The notes under the pieces were generated by a model. It was not told the DNA's origin. It saw only the letters and a list, made by a program, of their open reading frames with translations, and ran no database searches. The translations under genes and the position numbers were made by a program. A stretch of 52,293 nucleotides of DNA from the NCBI GenBank assembly GCA_035262005.1, contig DATFTK010000214.1, positions 1 to 52,293 of the forward strand, in the 5' to 3' direction. Positions 9,178 through 17,885 of the stretch are shown in pieces (within the stretch, counting starts at the first letter, position 1; each line of letters starts with the position of its first letter). Source of the DNA: Gaiellaceae bacterium (GTDB lineage: Bacteria; Actinomycetota; Thermoleophilia; Gaiellales; Gaiellaceae).

Positions 9178-9601
9178 GGCTCTCGGCGGGCCAGAGCTCC
9201 TGCATGTCGTAGTACACGTCGAACGCCGGCACGTCGTCCGGCAGCGCCACCCACGGCAGCTTCGAGCGAGTGAAGATGTGGACGTCCGGCGCCACTGCCG
9301 AGGGCTCGTCGAGCGTGCCCGCGCGCACGAATCTCACGTGAGGACTGGTGTACTCGCTGTACACGGCGACCTGGCACGTCGGGCAGCGCCAGACCTTCTG
9401 CTTCTTGCCGCCGCTTCGCGGAACGGAGACCACGTGCGGCTCCTCTCCCGACAGCTCCACCCGGTCCGTCTCGATCAGGATGTTGATCACGAACGCGCTT
9501 CCGGTCTGTTGCTGGCAGTTGAGGCAGTGACAGCAGTGGACGAAGAGCGGCTCAGACGTCAGCCGGTAGCGGACCGCGCCGCAGGGGCAGCCGCCCGTCA
9601 T
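9137..9601 (-). CDS. GFA-family (glutathione-dependent formaldehyde-activating / CENP-V-like) zinc protein
   Basis: Starts MTGGCPCGAVRY and carries the Cys pattern CPCG...CHCLNCQ...CPTCQ. The ATG at 9601 overlaps the TetR stop at 9598..9600. Confidence 0.85.
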   Translation of the reverse strand: MTGGCPCGAVRYRLTSEPLFVHCCHCLNCQQQTGSAFVINILIETDRVELSGEEPHVVSVPRSGGKKQKVWRCPTCQVAVYSEYTSPHVRFVRAGTLDEPSAVAPDVHIFTRSKLPWVALPDDVPAFDVYYDMQELWPAESLKRIDALRAAARR

Positions 9602-10143
9602 GCACGCAGGCCGTCGAGCACGACCTGAACATAGCGCCTCCACGCATCGTCGCGCTCGGCGTGCATCGACGCCTGAATCGCGGCACCGACCAACGCGCCC
9701 ACGTCACGCGAGTCGACCCCGCGCCGCAGCATCCCCGACCGCTGAACCCTGCGAATGAGCTTGTCGACGACCTCGTGCAGCTCTTTCTTCGCCTCGGCCA
9801 CCTCCTCGAAGGTCACGCATTCCTCGATTCCCTCGAAGAGGGCGCGGTCGCGACGCACCGCCTCGGCGGCGGTCCAGACGAATTCCTCGAACGCGGCTCG
9901 AGGGTCGGGGCGCTCGAGCAGCTCGCGCGCGTACGCGAGCAGCTCGTCGAGGCGGGCCGAGATCACAGCCGCACGCAGCGCGTCCTTCGTCGGGAAGTGC
10001 CGGAAGACGGTGCCGTGGCCGACGCCGGCCCGACGCGCGATCTCGTCGATCGTCACGTCGGGCCCGACGTCGGCGTACGCGTCGGCAGCGGCCGCGAGGA
10101 TGCGGTCGAGATTCCGCTGCGCGTCGGCCCGGCGAACCGCCAT
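9598..10143 (-). CDS. TetR-family transcriptional regulator
   Basis: C-terminal 181 codons of track ORF 9598..11562. HTH motif TIDEIARRAGVGHGTVFRHFPTKDAL. The ATG at 10143 overlaps the MFS stop (TGATG). Confidence 0.9.
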   Translation of the reverse strand: MAVRRADAQRNLDRILAAAADAYADVGPDVTIDEIARRAGVGHGTVFRHFPTKDALRAAVISARLDELLAYARELLERPDPRAAFEEFVWTAAEAVRRDRALFEGIEECVTFEEVAEAKKELHEVVDKLIRRVQRSGMLRRGVDSRDVGALVGAAIQASMHAERDDAWRRYVQVVLDGLRA

Positions 10144-11585
10144 CAGACCGCCACCGCGACCGGCTCGTCGGACGCGGCCTGCTGCTCGATCTTCACGACG
10201 TGGCGCTTGCGGAGCAGCGAGAGCATGACGACGAGTGCCGCGAGCATGATGACTGCGCCGACCCCGAAGGCCCAGTGGAAGCCGACGACGAGCGCCTCGG
10301 TCGGCGTGCCGCCGGCCGAGGCGGTCTTGCTCGTGGCGATCGTCGACAGGATGGCGAGCCCGAGCGCGCCGCCGATCTGCTGCGACGTGTTGAAGAGGCC
10401 CGAGGCGAGCCCCTGGTCCTCGTTCTTCAGTCCCGTCGTCGCGACGAGCGTCAGCGGCATGAAGACCGCGCCCATGCCGAGCGAGGAGAGCAGGATCGCC
10501 GGGAGGACGTCGGCGACGTACGACCCGTGCACCGGCAGCTGCGTGAGCAGCAGCAAGCCCGCCGCCGTCAGGAGCATCCCGGCGGCCGCGACCGGACGGA
10601 CGCCGATCCGCGGCGCCAACGCGGAAGCCAGGCCCGCGGAGACCATGATTCCGGCCGTGAACGGCAGGAATGCGAGCCCCGCCTTCAGCGGTTCGTAGCC
10701 CAGCACGCGTTGCAGGTAGAGCGTGTTGAAGAAGAACATCGCGAAGATCGCCGACGCGGCGAGGAACATCGTCAGGTTCGCCGTCAGCAGCGAGCGAACG
10801 CGGAAGATCGAGAGCCGGACGAGCGGCGCCTTTGCGCGCAGCTCGATCACGACGAAGCCGGCGAGCAGCACGCCCGCCAGGACGAAGAAGCCGATCGTCT
10901 TCGCCGAGCCCCAGCCGGCCGACTGGGCGCCGACGATCGCGTAGACGAGCGCCATCAGCCCGCCGGTGACCGTCACGGCGCCGGCGATGTCGAAGCTCCG
11001 GTGCGCGTCCTCGTCGCGCGACTCCGGGATCAGTCGCAGCGAGAGCACGAACGTGGCGATGCCGACCGGAACGTTGACGAAGAAGATCCACGGCCAGGAG
11101 AGGTACTGCGTCAGGAAACCGCCGAGGACGAGCCCGACGGCGGAGCCGCCGATCGCGATCGCCGCCCAGACGCCCAGCGCCCGTGCGCGCTCGCGGCCCT
11201 CGGCGAACGTCGTCGCGATGATCGAGAGCGCGGCCGGGGAGACCAGAGCGGCGCCGAGCCCCTGCAGGGCGCGTGCGCCGATCAGCATCGCCTCGCTCGA
11301 CGCGAGGCCGTCGAGCAGCGACGCCGTCGTGAAGATCACGAGCCCGACGAGGAAGATCCGCTTCCTGCCGATCAGGTCGCCGGCCCGGCCGCCGAGCAGG
11401 AGAAAGCCGCCGAACACGAGCGTGTAGGCGTTGACGATCCACTGCAAGTTGCCCTCGGACAGGTTCAGGTCCTTCTGGATCGACGGCAGGGCGACGTTCA
11501 CGATCGTCGCGTCGAGGACGACCATGAACTGTGCCAGGCAAATCAGGACGAGGACGACCCACGGGTTCGTTTCTCTACGGCTCAT
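10143..11585 (-). CDS. MFS efflux transporter, DHA2 (EmrB/QacA) type
   Basis: 480 aa with about 14 predicted TM helices. Has LPSIQKDLNLS and the motif-A-like GRAGDLIGRKR. Confidence 0.9.
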   Translation of the reverse strand: MSRRETNPWVVLVLICLAQFMVVLDATIVNVALPSIQKDLNLSEGNLQWIVNAYTLVFGGFLLLGGRAGDLIGRKRIFLVGLVIFTTASLLDGLASSEAMLIGARALQGLGAALVSPAALSIIATTFAEGRERARALGVWAAIAIGGSAVGLVLGGFLTQYLSWPWIFFVNVPVGIATFVLSLRLIPESRDEDAHRSFDIAGAVTVTGGLMALVYAIVGAQSAGWGSAKTIGFFVLAGVLLAGFVVIELRAKAPLVRLSIFRVRSLLTANLTMFLAASAIFAMFFFNTLYLQRVLGYEPLKAGLAFLPFTAGIMVSAGLASALAPRIGVRPVAAAGMLLTAAGLLLLTQLPVHGSYVADVLPAILLSSLGMGAVFMPLTLVATTGLKNEDQGLASGLFNTSQQIGGALGLAILSTIATSKTASAGGTPTEALVVGFHWAFGVGAVIMLAALVVMLSLLRKRHVVKIEQQAASDEPVAVAV

Positions 11586-11621
11586 CAGGCAGCGGACCTC
11601 TCTTTCGCATACGGACTCTTC

Positions 11622-11663
11622 AGTCCGCTTAGCGTAGCATAAGCGGACCGGTCGGTCCGCTTA
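11622..11663. promoter_or_regulatory. candidate TetR operator: three copies of the half-site GTCCGCTTA
   Basis: The sequence reads AGTCCGCTTA(11622-11631) gcgtagca TAAGCGGACC(11640-11649) ggtc GGTCCGCTTA(11654-11663). It contains a perfect 10-bp inverted repeat with a 4-bp spacer plus a third copy. It sits 37-78 nt upstream of the MFS start. Confidence 0.5.
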
Positions 11664-11703
11664 AGCTGACGTTTTCCGTTTCCGCGCCGCCGGGAACGAC
11701 ACG

Positions 11704-12518
11704 ATGCTCATGGTTGCGGTGTCCTCAGCACGGCGAGCTGCCCGAAGCCCGTGGATCGGCTGGCTCGGCCGGATCGGATTCGCGGCACAGGGAACCTGCT
11801 TCGCGGTCATCGCGGTGCTCGCGCTCGAGCTCGCTTTCGGCGGCGCGGGACGCCTGACGGGCCCGCGCGGCGCCTTCGTCGTGCTCGCCCAGGACGGCTG
11901 GACGCGCGTGCTCGTCGTGTTCCTCGCGATCGGGTTCGCCTGCTACGCGATGTGGCGTCTGGCACAGGCGGTCTTCGACCGGGGCGCCATGGGCGGCGGC
12001 CTCAGCGGCCTGGCCCGGCGCGCGATCCAGCTCGGGCAGGGCGTGCTCTACGAGCTGCTGGCCGTCGCTGCGGTGCGCGTTCTCGCAGGCTCGCGCGGCG
12101 GCGGCGGCACGACACGGCGGGCGGCTGCGGGCATGCTCGGCTGGCCGGGCGGCGCCTGGATCGTCGGCGCGATCGGCGTCGGGTCGCCGTCGTGGCAGCC
12201 GTGAACATCTATTGGGGGCTGAGCGGGCGCTTCACGCAATCGCTTGATCAGCGCGAGCTGAGCGAGAGCACGGAACGGCTGCTGCGGCTCGTCGGCACGG
12301 TCGGCTTCATCGCACTCGGGTTCGTCCTCGGCGTGATCGCGTGGTTCATGGTGAAGGCCGCTGTCGACTACAACGCCGGGAAGGTGGTCAACCTCGGTGG
12401 CGCGATGGCGCACCTCGCCCGGGCCGAATACGGGCAATGGCTGCTCGGTGCGACCGCGGTCGGGCTGCTCACCTACGGGATCTTCGGCCTGCTGCAGGCG
12501 CGTTACCACCGCGTCTGA
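11704..12518 (+). pseudogene. DUF1206-type membrane protein interrupted by a 1-nt frameshift
   Basis: Track ORF 11704..12204 supplies the first four TM helices (...GAWIVGAIGVG). Track ORF 11751..12518 supplies the rest (VAVVAAVNIYWGLSGRF...YGIFGLLQARYHRV). The frames join if one G is added to the GGG run at 12181-12183. Confidence 0.6.
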
Positions 12519-12537
12519 AGCGGGTAAAGGACGAGGC

Positions 12538-12738
12538 ATGAGCTACTACGCTCCAACAGCAAGAGCTCGGCCGGGCGTCAGCCTCGTCGCGCTCGTGTAT
12601 CTCGTTGCGGGCGGGATCGTGGCAGCGACGCACCACTACTGGTCGCAGCTGCACACCATCAGGCAGATCGTTTCAGCCGTGCTCGCGACCGTGCTCTGGC
12701 CGCTGATCCTGATCGGCGTCGACCTGCACATCCACTAG
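12538..12738 (+). CDS. small membrane protein (66 aa), unknown function
   Basis: ATG at 12538, preceded by aaaggacgagg. The product MSYYAPTARARPGVSLVALVYLVAGGIVAATHHYW...LWPLILIGVDLHIH has two hydrophobic helices. Confidence 0.5.
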   Translation: MSYYAPTARARPGVSLVALVYLVAGGIVAATHHYWSQLHTIRQIVSAVLATVLWPLILIGVDLHIH

Positions 12739-12741
12739 CGC

Positions 12742-14541
12742 CTAGGCGGCCGTCAGCTCGGCGTCGCGGGCAGCGAGCGCCGAGTATCGCCCGCCCGCGT
12801 CGATCAGCTCGTCGTGCGTTCCGCGCTCGACGATGCGGCCGCGGTCGAGCACGATGATCTGGTCGGCGTCGCGCACGGTGGAAAGCCGGTGGGCGATCGC
12901 GATCGTCGTCCGGCCCTCTGAGAGGCGGTCCAGCGCCTCCTGAACGAGCCGCTCCGTCTCTGTGTCGAGCGAGCTCGTCGCCTCGTCGAGCACGAGGATC
13001 GGCGGGTTCCGCAGGATCGTGCGTGCGATCGCGATCCGCTGCTTCTCACCGCCGGAGAAGCGGTACCCGCGCTCGCCGACGATCGTGTCGTACCCGTCCG
13101 GCAGCGCGGCGATCACGTGATGGATCCGTGCAGCTTGCGCCGCGCGCTCGATCTCGTCGTCGGTCGCGTCGGGCTTGGCGAAGCGCAGGTTCTCCCGGAC
13201 CGACTCGTGAAAGAGGTACGTCTCCTGCGACACGACGCCGACGAGCTCGGACAGCGCACGGAACGTGAGATCGCGGACGTCGACGCCCCCGATCGTGACG
13301 CTGCCCCGATCGATGTCGTAGAGCCGCGCAGTCAGGTACGCGAGAGTCGTCTTCCCTGACCCGGTCTCGCCGACGAGCGCCGTCGTCGTCCCGGCCGGCA
13401 CAATGAAGGAGACGTCGCGCAGCGTCCAGTCGTCGTCGGTGTACCGGAACCACACGTGGTCGAAGGCGACGTCTCCGGCCTTCGCCACGTCAACCGCTTC
13501 GGGCTTCTCCTCGATGTCGATCGGCTCGTCGAGGTACTCGAAGATGCGATCGAAGAGCGCGAGTGATGTCTGGACGTCGAGCCCGACCCCGAGCAGCGAG
13601 CCGACCGGGAAGAACAAGCGCGTCTGCAGCGTCGTGAACGCGACCAGCGTTGCGATCGAGAGCGTGCTCGACCCGTGCGCGATCAACAGGCCGCCGACCC
13701 AGTAGACCGCGGCCGGCATGACGGCGAAGCTCGTCTGGATCGACGCCATCACCCAGCGGCCCGCCATCCGCTGGCGCACCTCCAGGTCGGCCAGCCGACG
13801 CGAGTCGGACTCGAAGCGATCCGCGAGATCGTCGCCGCGGCCCATCGTCTTGCCAAGCAGGATGCCCGAGACCGAGAGCGACTCCTGCACGACGCTCGAG
13901 ATGTCGGCAAGCGTCTCCTGCGTGGTCTTCGCGATCCGCCGCCGCTGGTTGCCGACGCGACGCGTCAGCAGGGCGAAGAACGGGATCAGGGCGAACGCGA
14001 ACAGCGCCAGCTGCCAGCTCAACAGGAGCATGCCGATCATCGTCGCGACGACTGTGGTCACGTTCGAGGTGATCGACGTCGCGGTGTTCGTGACGACGTT
14101 CTGCACGCCGCCGATGTCGTTCTGGATGCGCGACTGCACCTCGCCCGTGCGCGTGTTGGTGAAGAACGCGAGCGACAGCCGCTGCAGATGGCGGAAGACC
14201 TTGGCGCGGAGGTCGTGCATCACCCGCTGGCCGACCTGGTTGGACAGCAGCGTCTGAAAGACGCCGAGCACGCCGGTGACGATCGCGATCACGATCATTC
14301 CGGCGGCGGCGAGCGACAGCTCCGTCGTGTCGTTGCGCCCGATCGCCTCCAGCGCGCGTCTGAGCAGAAACGCGGGCAGAACGCCGAGACCGGCGGAGAC
14401 GACGATCAGGACCAGCACCCCGCTGAGCCGCGTGCGGTACGGCGCGAACAGGGAGCTGATGCGCCGGAGGTTCGCGCGCCGGAGGGCCGGGTCCGCCGGC
14501 CGCTCGGGCGCCCCGTCAGAGGTATGCCAGAAGGCGCTCAC
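12742..14541 (-). CDS. ABC exporter, fused permease/ATPase (MsbA/MdlB type)
   Basis: 599 aa with a 6-TM N-terminal domain. Walker A GETGSGKTT, signature FSGGEKQRIAIARTIL, Walker B ILVLDEATSSLD. Confidence 0.9.
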   Translation of the reverse strand: MSAFWHTSDGAPERPADPALRRANLRRISSLFAPYRTRLSGVLVLIVVSAGLGVLPAFLLRRALEAIGRNDTTELSLAAAGMIVIAIVTGVLGVFQTLLSNQVGQRVMHDLRAKVFRHLQRLSLAFFTNTRTGEVQSRIQNDIGGVQNVVTNTATSITSNVTTVVATMIGMLLLSWQLALFAFALIPFFALLTRRVGNQRRRIAKTTQETLADISSVVQESLSVSGILLGKTMGRGDDLADRFESDSRRLADLEVRQRMAGRWVMASIQTSFAVMPAAVYWVGGLLIAHGSSTLSIATLVAFTTLQTRLFFPVGSLLGVGLDVQTSLALFDRIFEYLDEPIDIEEKPEAVDVAKAGDVAFDHVWFRYTDDDWTLRDVSFIVPAGTTTALVGETGSGKTTLAYLTARLYDIDRGSVTIGGVDVRDLTFRALSELVGVVSQETYLFHESVRENLRFAKPDATDDEIERAAQAARIHHVIAALPDGYDTIVGERGYRFSGGEKQRIAIARTILRNPPILVLDEATSSLDTETERLVQEALDRLSEGRTTIAIAHRLSTVRDADQIIVLDRGRIVERGTHDELIDAGGRYSALAARDAELTAA

Positions 14542-14545
14542 GCTG

Positions 14546-14854
14546 TTAGCGCGCGCACCGTACGAGTGCGCGGACGATCGGCTCGAACTGATGGCCGCGC
14601 TGCGTGAGCCGGTACTCGACTGCGGGCGGGCGGGTGTCGAGCACGCGCCGCTCGAGCAGGCCCGCCTCGACGAGCTCCGTCAGGCGCGCGGTCAACGTCG
14701 CCGGCGGAACGCGCCCGAGCGCGTCGCGGAACTCGTTGAAGCGCGTTGCCCCGTCGACCGACGCGTAGAGGATCGAGAGGGTCCAGCGCCGCTCGAGGAG
14801 GTCCGCCGCGCGGCGGACCTCCTCGGGAACCGGCTTACGCCGCGTGCAGCGCAT
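14546..14854 (-). CDS. HxlR-family transcriptional regulator
   Basis: 102 aa with LLERRWTLSILYASVDGATRFNEFRDAL...LTARLTELVEAGLLERR, typical of HxlR. The start overlaps the end of lon by 20 nt. Confidence 0.85.
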   Translation of the reverse strand: MRCTRRKPVPEEVRRAADLLERRWTLSILYASVDGATRFNEFRDALGRVPPATLTARLTELVEAGLLERRVLDTRPPAVEYRLTQRGHQFEPIVRALVRCAR

Positions 14855-17132
14855 GGTCGGACCTGGGCTCGAGCGCGAGCTGCAGCACCTCGTCGACGCT
14901 CAGCACCGGGTGGAAGCTGATCGCCTCACGCACGTCCTCGGGGACGTCCTCGAGGTCGCCGCGGTTGCGCTCCGGGATGATCACATCCGTAAGGCCGGCA
15001 GCGTGCGCCGCCAGGACCTTCTGCTTCAACCCGCCGATCGGCAGGACGCGGCCCTGCAGCGTCACCTCGCCGGTCATCCCGACCGTGTGCTTGACGGGAC
15101 GCTGCGTCAGGAGCGACGCGAGCGCGGTCGTCATCGCGATGCCGGCGCTCGGGCCGTCCTTCGGGATCGCGCCCGCCGGCACGTGGACATGGAACGCGCC
15201 GTGCAGGTCCTCGGGCTCGACGCCGAGCTGGTCGGCATGTGCCCGCACCCAGGAGAGCGCGATCTGCGCCGACTCCTTCATCACGTCGCCGAGCTGTCCT
15301 GTCAGGGTCAGGCGCTCGTCACCCTCCATGCGCGTCGCCTCGATGAAGAGGACGTCGCCGCCGCTACCGGTGACCGCGAGCCCGGTGGAGACACCCGGCA
15401 CAGCCGTGCGCTCCGCCGACTCCTGCCAGAACCGCTGCCGCCCGAGCGCGTCGCGCACGAGCGCCTCGTCGACGACGATCGGCGGCTCCGCGTCGCCCGA
15501 GGCGATGCGCGTTGCCGTCTTCCGCAGCAGCTTGCCGAGCTCCCGCTCGAGCTGGCGGACGCCGGCCTCGCGCGTGTACTCGGTCACGACCAGCTGGATC
15601 AGCTCGTCGCCGATCTCCACCTCGTCCTCGCGCAGCCCGTTGCGCTCGCGCTGGCGCGGGAAGAGGTAGCCGCGGGCGATCGCGACCTTCTCGTCGACCG
15701 TGTAGCCGTCGAAGCGGATGACCTCCATCCGGTCGAGCAGCGGCCCGGGGATCGTCTCGGCGACGTTCGCCGTCGCGATGAACACGACCTGCGAGAGGTC
15801 GAGCTCGACGTCGAGGTAGTGGTCGCGGAACGAGTGGTTCTGCGCCGGGTCGAGCACCTCGAGCAGCGCCGCCGAGGGGTCGCCGCGCCAATCCGCGCCG
15901 ACCTTGTCGACCTCGTCGAGCATGATCACCGGGTTCATCGTCCCCGCGTCGCGCAGTGCGCGCACGAGACGGCCCGGCAGCGCGCCGATGTACGTGCGGC
16001 GGTGGCCGCGGATCTCCGCCTCGTCACGAACGCCGCCGAGCGACATGCGGACGAACTCGCGATTGAGCGCGCGTGCGATCGACTCGCCGATCGAGGTCTT
16101 GCCCGTGCCGGGCGGCCCGATCAGGGTCAGGATCGCGCCGGAGCGCTTGTCCTCGGCGATGCCGCGCTCCTCGCGCAGCTTGCGCACGGCGAGGTATTCG
16201 ACGATTCGCTCCTTCACGTCCTCGAGGCCCGCGTGATCCTTGTCCAGGATCTCGCGTGCGAGCTTCGGGTCGAGTCGCTCCTCGGATTTCTTGCCCCACG
16301 GCACCGTCAGGAGCCAGTCCAGGTACGTTCGGATCATCGACGACTCAGGGGAGGCGTCGCCCATGCGCTCGAGCCGGCCGAGCTCGCGCTCCGCCTGCTC
16401 GCGGACTTCGTCCGGCATCTGCGCCTCTTCGATCTTCGTGCGGTACTCGTCGACGACCGACCCGTCGTCCTCGCCGAGCTCCTTGCGGATCGAGTCCATC
16501 TGCTTGCGCAGGAAGTACTCGCGCTGCTGCGCCTGTGCGCCAGACTCGACGTCGTCGCGAATGCGGCGCCGCACCTGCAGCTCTGCCAGGCGCTCGCGCT
16601 GCAGCGAGATCGCCAGCTCGAGCCGCTCGACGACGTCGAGGGTCTCGAGCAGCCGGACGCGCTGCTCGAACGTCAGGTCCGGTGAGTACGCGGCCGTGTC
16701 GGCGAGCGCCCCGGACTCGGTGACCGAGCGCAGGAACTCCCCGATCCTCGGGTCCGCGTCGCGCAGCTCCAGGATCTCCTGGACGACGGCGCGGTACTCG
16801 GTCTCGAGCTCACGCGTCTTGATCGGCGCCGGCGTTTCGTCTGGCCGCTCCTCGACCTCGACGTATAACCGGCCGCCGGTGCCGGTCTCGGCCGCGCCGA
16901 TCAGGGCGCGGTGGAGCCCGGTCAGGGTGACGACCTTGGCGCCGCCGGGCAGGCGGCCGGTCTCGACGACCTCCGCGACGGTGCCGACTTTCGCGTACAC
17001 GCTCTCGTGGCGCGGCACCAGGAGCACCTGAGCCTCCGAACCGACGTCCACGGGCAGCGTGACTGTCATGCCTGGGAAGACCACCGTGTCTTCCAGCGGG
17101 ATGAGCAGGTATTTCTCCACGATGCGGTTCAC
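14835..17132 (-). CDS. lon: ATP-dependent Lon protease (endopeptidase La)
   Basis: 765 aa. LON N-domain (LLIPLEDTVVFPGMTV), AAA+ Walker A GPPGTGKTS, and proteolytic serine context PKDGPSAGIAMTTAL. GTG start. Confidence 0.95.
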   Translation of the reverse strand: MNRIVEKYLLIPLEDTVVFPGMTVTLPVDVGSEAQVLLVPRHESVYAKVGTVAEVVETGRLPGGAKVVTLTGLHRALIGAAETGTGGRLYVEVEERPDETPAPIKTRELETEYRAVVQEILELRDADPRIGEFLRSVTESGALADTAAYSPDLTFEQRVRLLETLDVVERLELAISLQRERLAELQVRRRIRDDVESGAQAQQREYFLRKQMDSIRKELGEDDGSVVDEYRTKIEEAQMPDEVREQAERELGRLERMGDASPESSMIRTYLDWLLTVPWGKKSEERLDPKLAREILDKDHAGLEDVKERIVEYLAVRKLREERGIAEDKRSGAILTLIGPPGTGKTSIGESIARALNREFVRMSLGGVRDEAEIRGHRRTYIGALPGRLVRALRDAGTMNPVIMLDEVDKVGADWRGDPSAALLEVLDPAQNHSFRDHYLDVELDLSQVVFIATANVAETIPGPLLDRMEVIRFDGYTVDEKVAIARGYLFPRQRERNGLREDEVEIGDELIQLVVTEYTREAGVRQLERELGKLLRKTATRIASGDAEPPIVVDEALVRDALGRQRFWQESAERTAVPGVSTGLAVTGSGGDVLFIEATRMEGDERLTLTGQLGDVMKESAQIALSWVRAHADQLGVEPEDLHGAFHVHVPAGAIPKDGPSAGIAMTTALASLLTQRPVKHTVGMTGEVTLQGRVLPIGGLKQKVLAAHAAGLTDVIIPERNRGDLEDVPEDVREAISFHPVLSVDEVLQLALEPRSDHALHAA

Positions 17133-17135
17133 GCT

Positions 17136-17153
17136 CCTCAGATAGTTCTGAGG
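17136..17153 (-). promoter_or_regulatory. 7-bp hairpin overlapping the lon Shine-Dalgarno sequence
   Basis: The mRNA sense reads CCUCAGA-acua-UCUGAGG-AGC-GUG. The 3' arm contains the GAGG of the only SD-like element before the lon GTG. Confidence 0.35.
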
Positions 17154-17177
17154 CCATAGTAGCTACAGAGATTGAAG

Positions 17178-17405
17178 CTACGGAGCGAAGCCGCCGTCGA
17201 CCCAGGCCTGGAAGCGCGCGACGTTGTCGGGCGGCCAGGCGGCGTCGCACGGCATCGTTCCGTTCGCCAGGCGCTGGTGGATCGCCTCGGCGTTGGCCCG
17301 GACGTCGTCGTACGACGAGAGGTCGAAGGCGAAGGACATCGAGCGGATGTCGCCGTCGCGGAAGAGCGGGCGGATGTCCCGCTCGAAGGTCACCTGCTGC
17401 TCCAT
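17178..17405 (-). CDS. conserved-looking 75-aa hypothetical protein
   Basis: Perfect SD (AAGGAGG) 5-6 nt upstream, inside the USP 3' end, with a 1-nt gap to the USP stop. Product is MEQQVTFERDIRPLFRDGDIRSMSFAFDLSSYDDVRANAEAIHQRLANGTMPCDAAWPPDNVARFQAWVDGGFAP. Confidence 0.6.
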   Translation of the reverse strand: MEQQVTFERDIRPLFRDGDIRSMSFAFDLSSYDDVRANAEAIHQRLANGTMPCDAAWPPDNVARFQAWVDGGFAP

Positions 17406-17406
17406 C

Positions 17407-17868
17407 TCAGCCTCCTTGCGGCGGAATGACCAGGGTCGGGCGGTGGGAGTGCTGGAGGACGTGCTTCGAGACGCTCCCCAGGAATGCTCTGACGCCGGCG
17501 AGGCCGCGCGCGCCCATGACGATCAGGTCGGCGTCGAGCTCCTCCGCCTGCTGAACGATCGAGTCCGCGATCGCCCGGTCGTCCGCGCTCGCCAGCGCTC
17601 GCGCGTCGAACCCTTGCCGGCGCGCGACCTCCGCGCCGTGCTCCGCGAGCTCCTTGGCCTGGTCCTCGGAGCGTTCGTCCTCCGATGCGGCATCGAGCGG
17701 CACGGAGACCGGGCCTCCGAACCTCGTCGCCTTGATCGCGGCCACCGTCAGCGGCTCCCAGACGGACAGCACGACCGCTTCGCCGCCCGTCCCGTCGAGC
17801 AGCTCCCCGGCCTTGGCGATCGCGGCGTTCGCGCTGTCCGAGCCGTCATACGCGAACAGGATCTTCAC
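17407..17868 (-). CDS. universal stress protein (UspA family)
   Basis: Begins MKILFAYDGSDSA and has ...DLIVMGARGLAGVRAFLGSVSKHVLQHSHRPTLVIPP, the USP ATP-binding-type C-terminus. Confidence 0.85.
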   Translation of the reverse strand: MKILFAYDGSDSANAAIAKAGELLDGTGGEAVVLSVWEPLTVAAIKATRFGGPVSVPLDAASEDERSEDQAKELAEHGAEVARRQGFDARALASADDRAIADSIVQQAEELDADLIVMGARGLAGVRAFLGSVSKHVLQHSHRPTLVIPPQGG

Positions 17869-17885
17869 CGCTCCGACTCTACGCG

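Noticed and set aside
10200-11642. A 480-aa plus-strand ORF, exactly as long as the MFS gene on the opposite strand.
   Set aside because: It is antisense to a well-supported transporter gene. Its translation is R/D/E/G-rich low complexity with no motifs. Stop-free antisense frames are expected at about 70% GC.
14844-16685. A 613-aa plus-strand ORF.
   Set aside because: It is antisense to lon. Its composition is Arg/Leu/Asp-rich and it has no recognisable domain. It is a GC-bias artefact.
14835-17132. Lon as a BREX BrxL-like defence protease.
   Set aside because: It is a full-length canonical LonA (LON-N, AAA+, S16 protease). No PglX, PglZ or BrxC-type genes are in the window.
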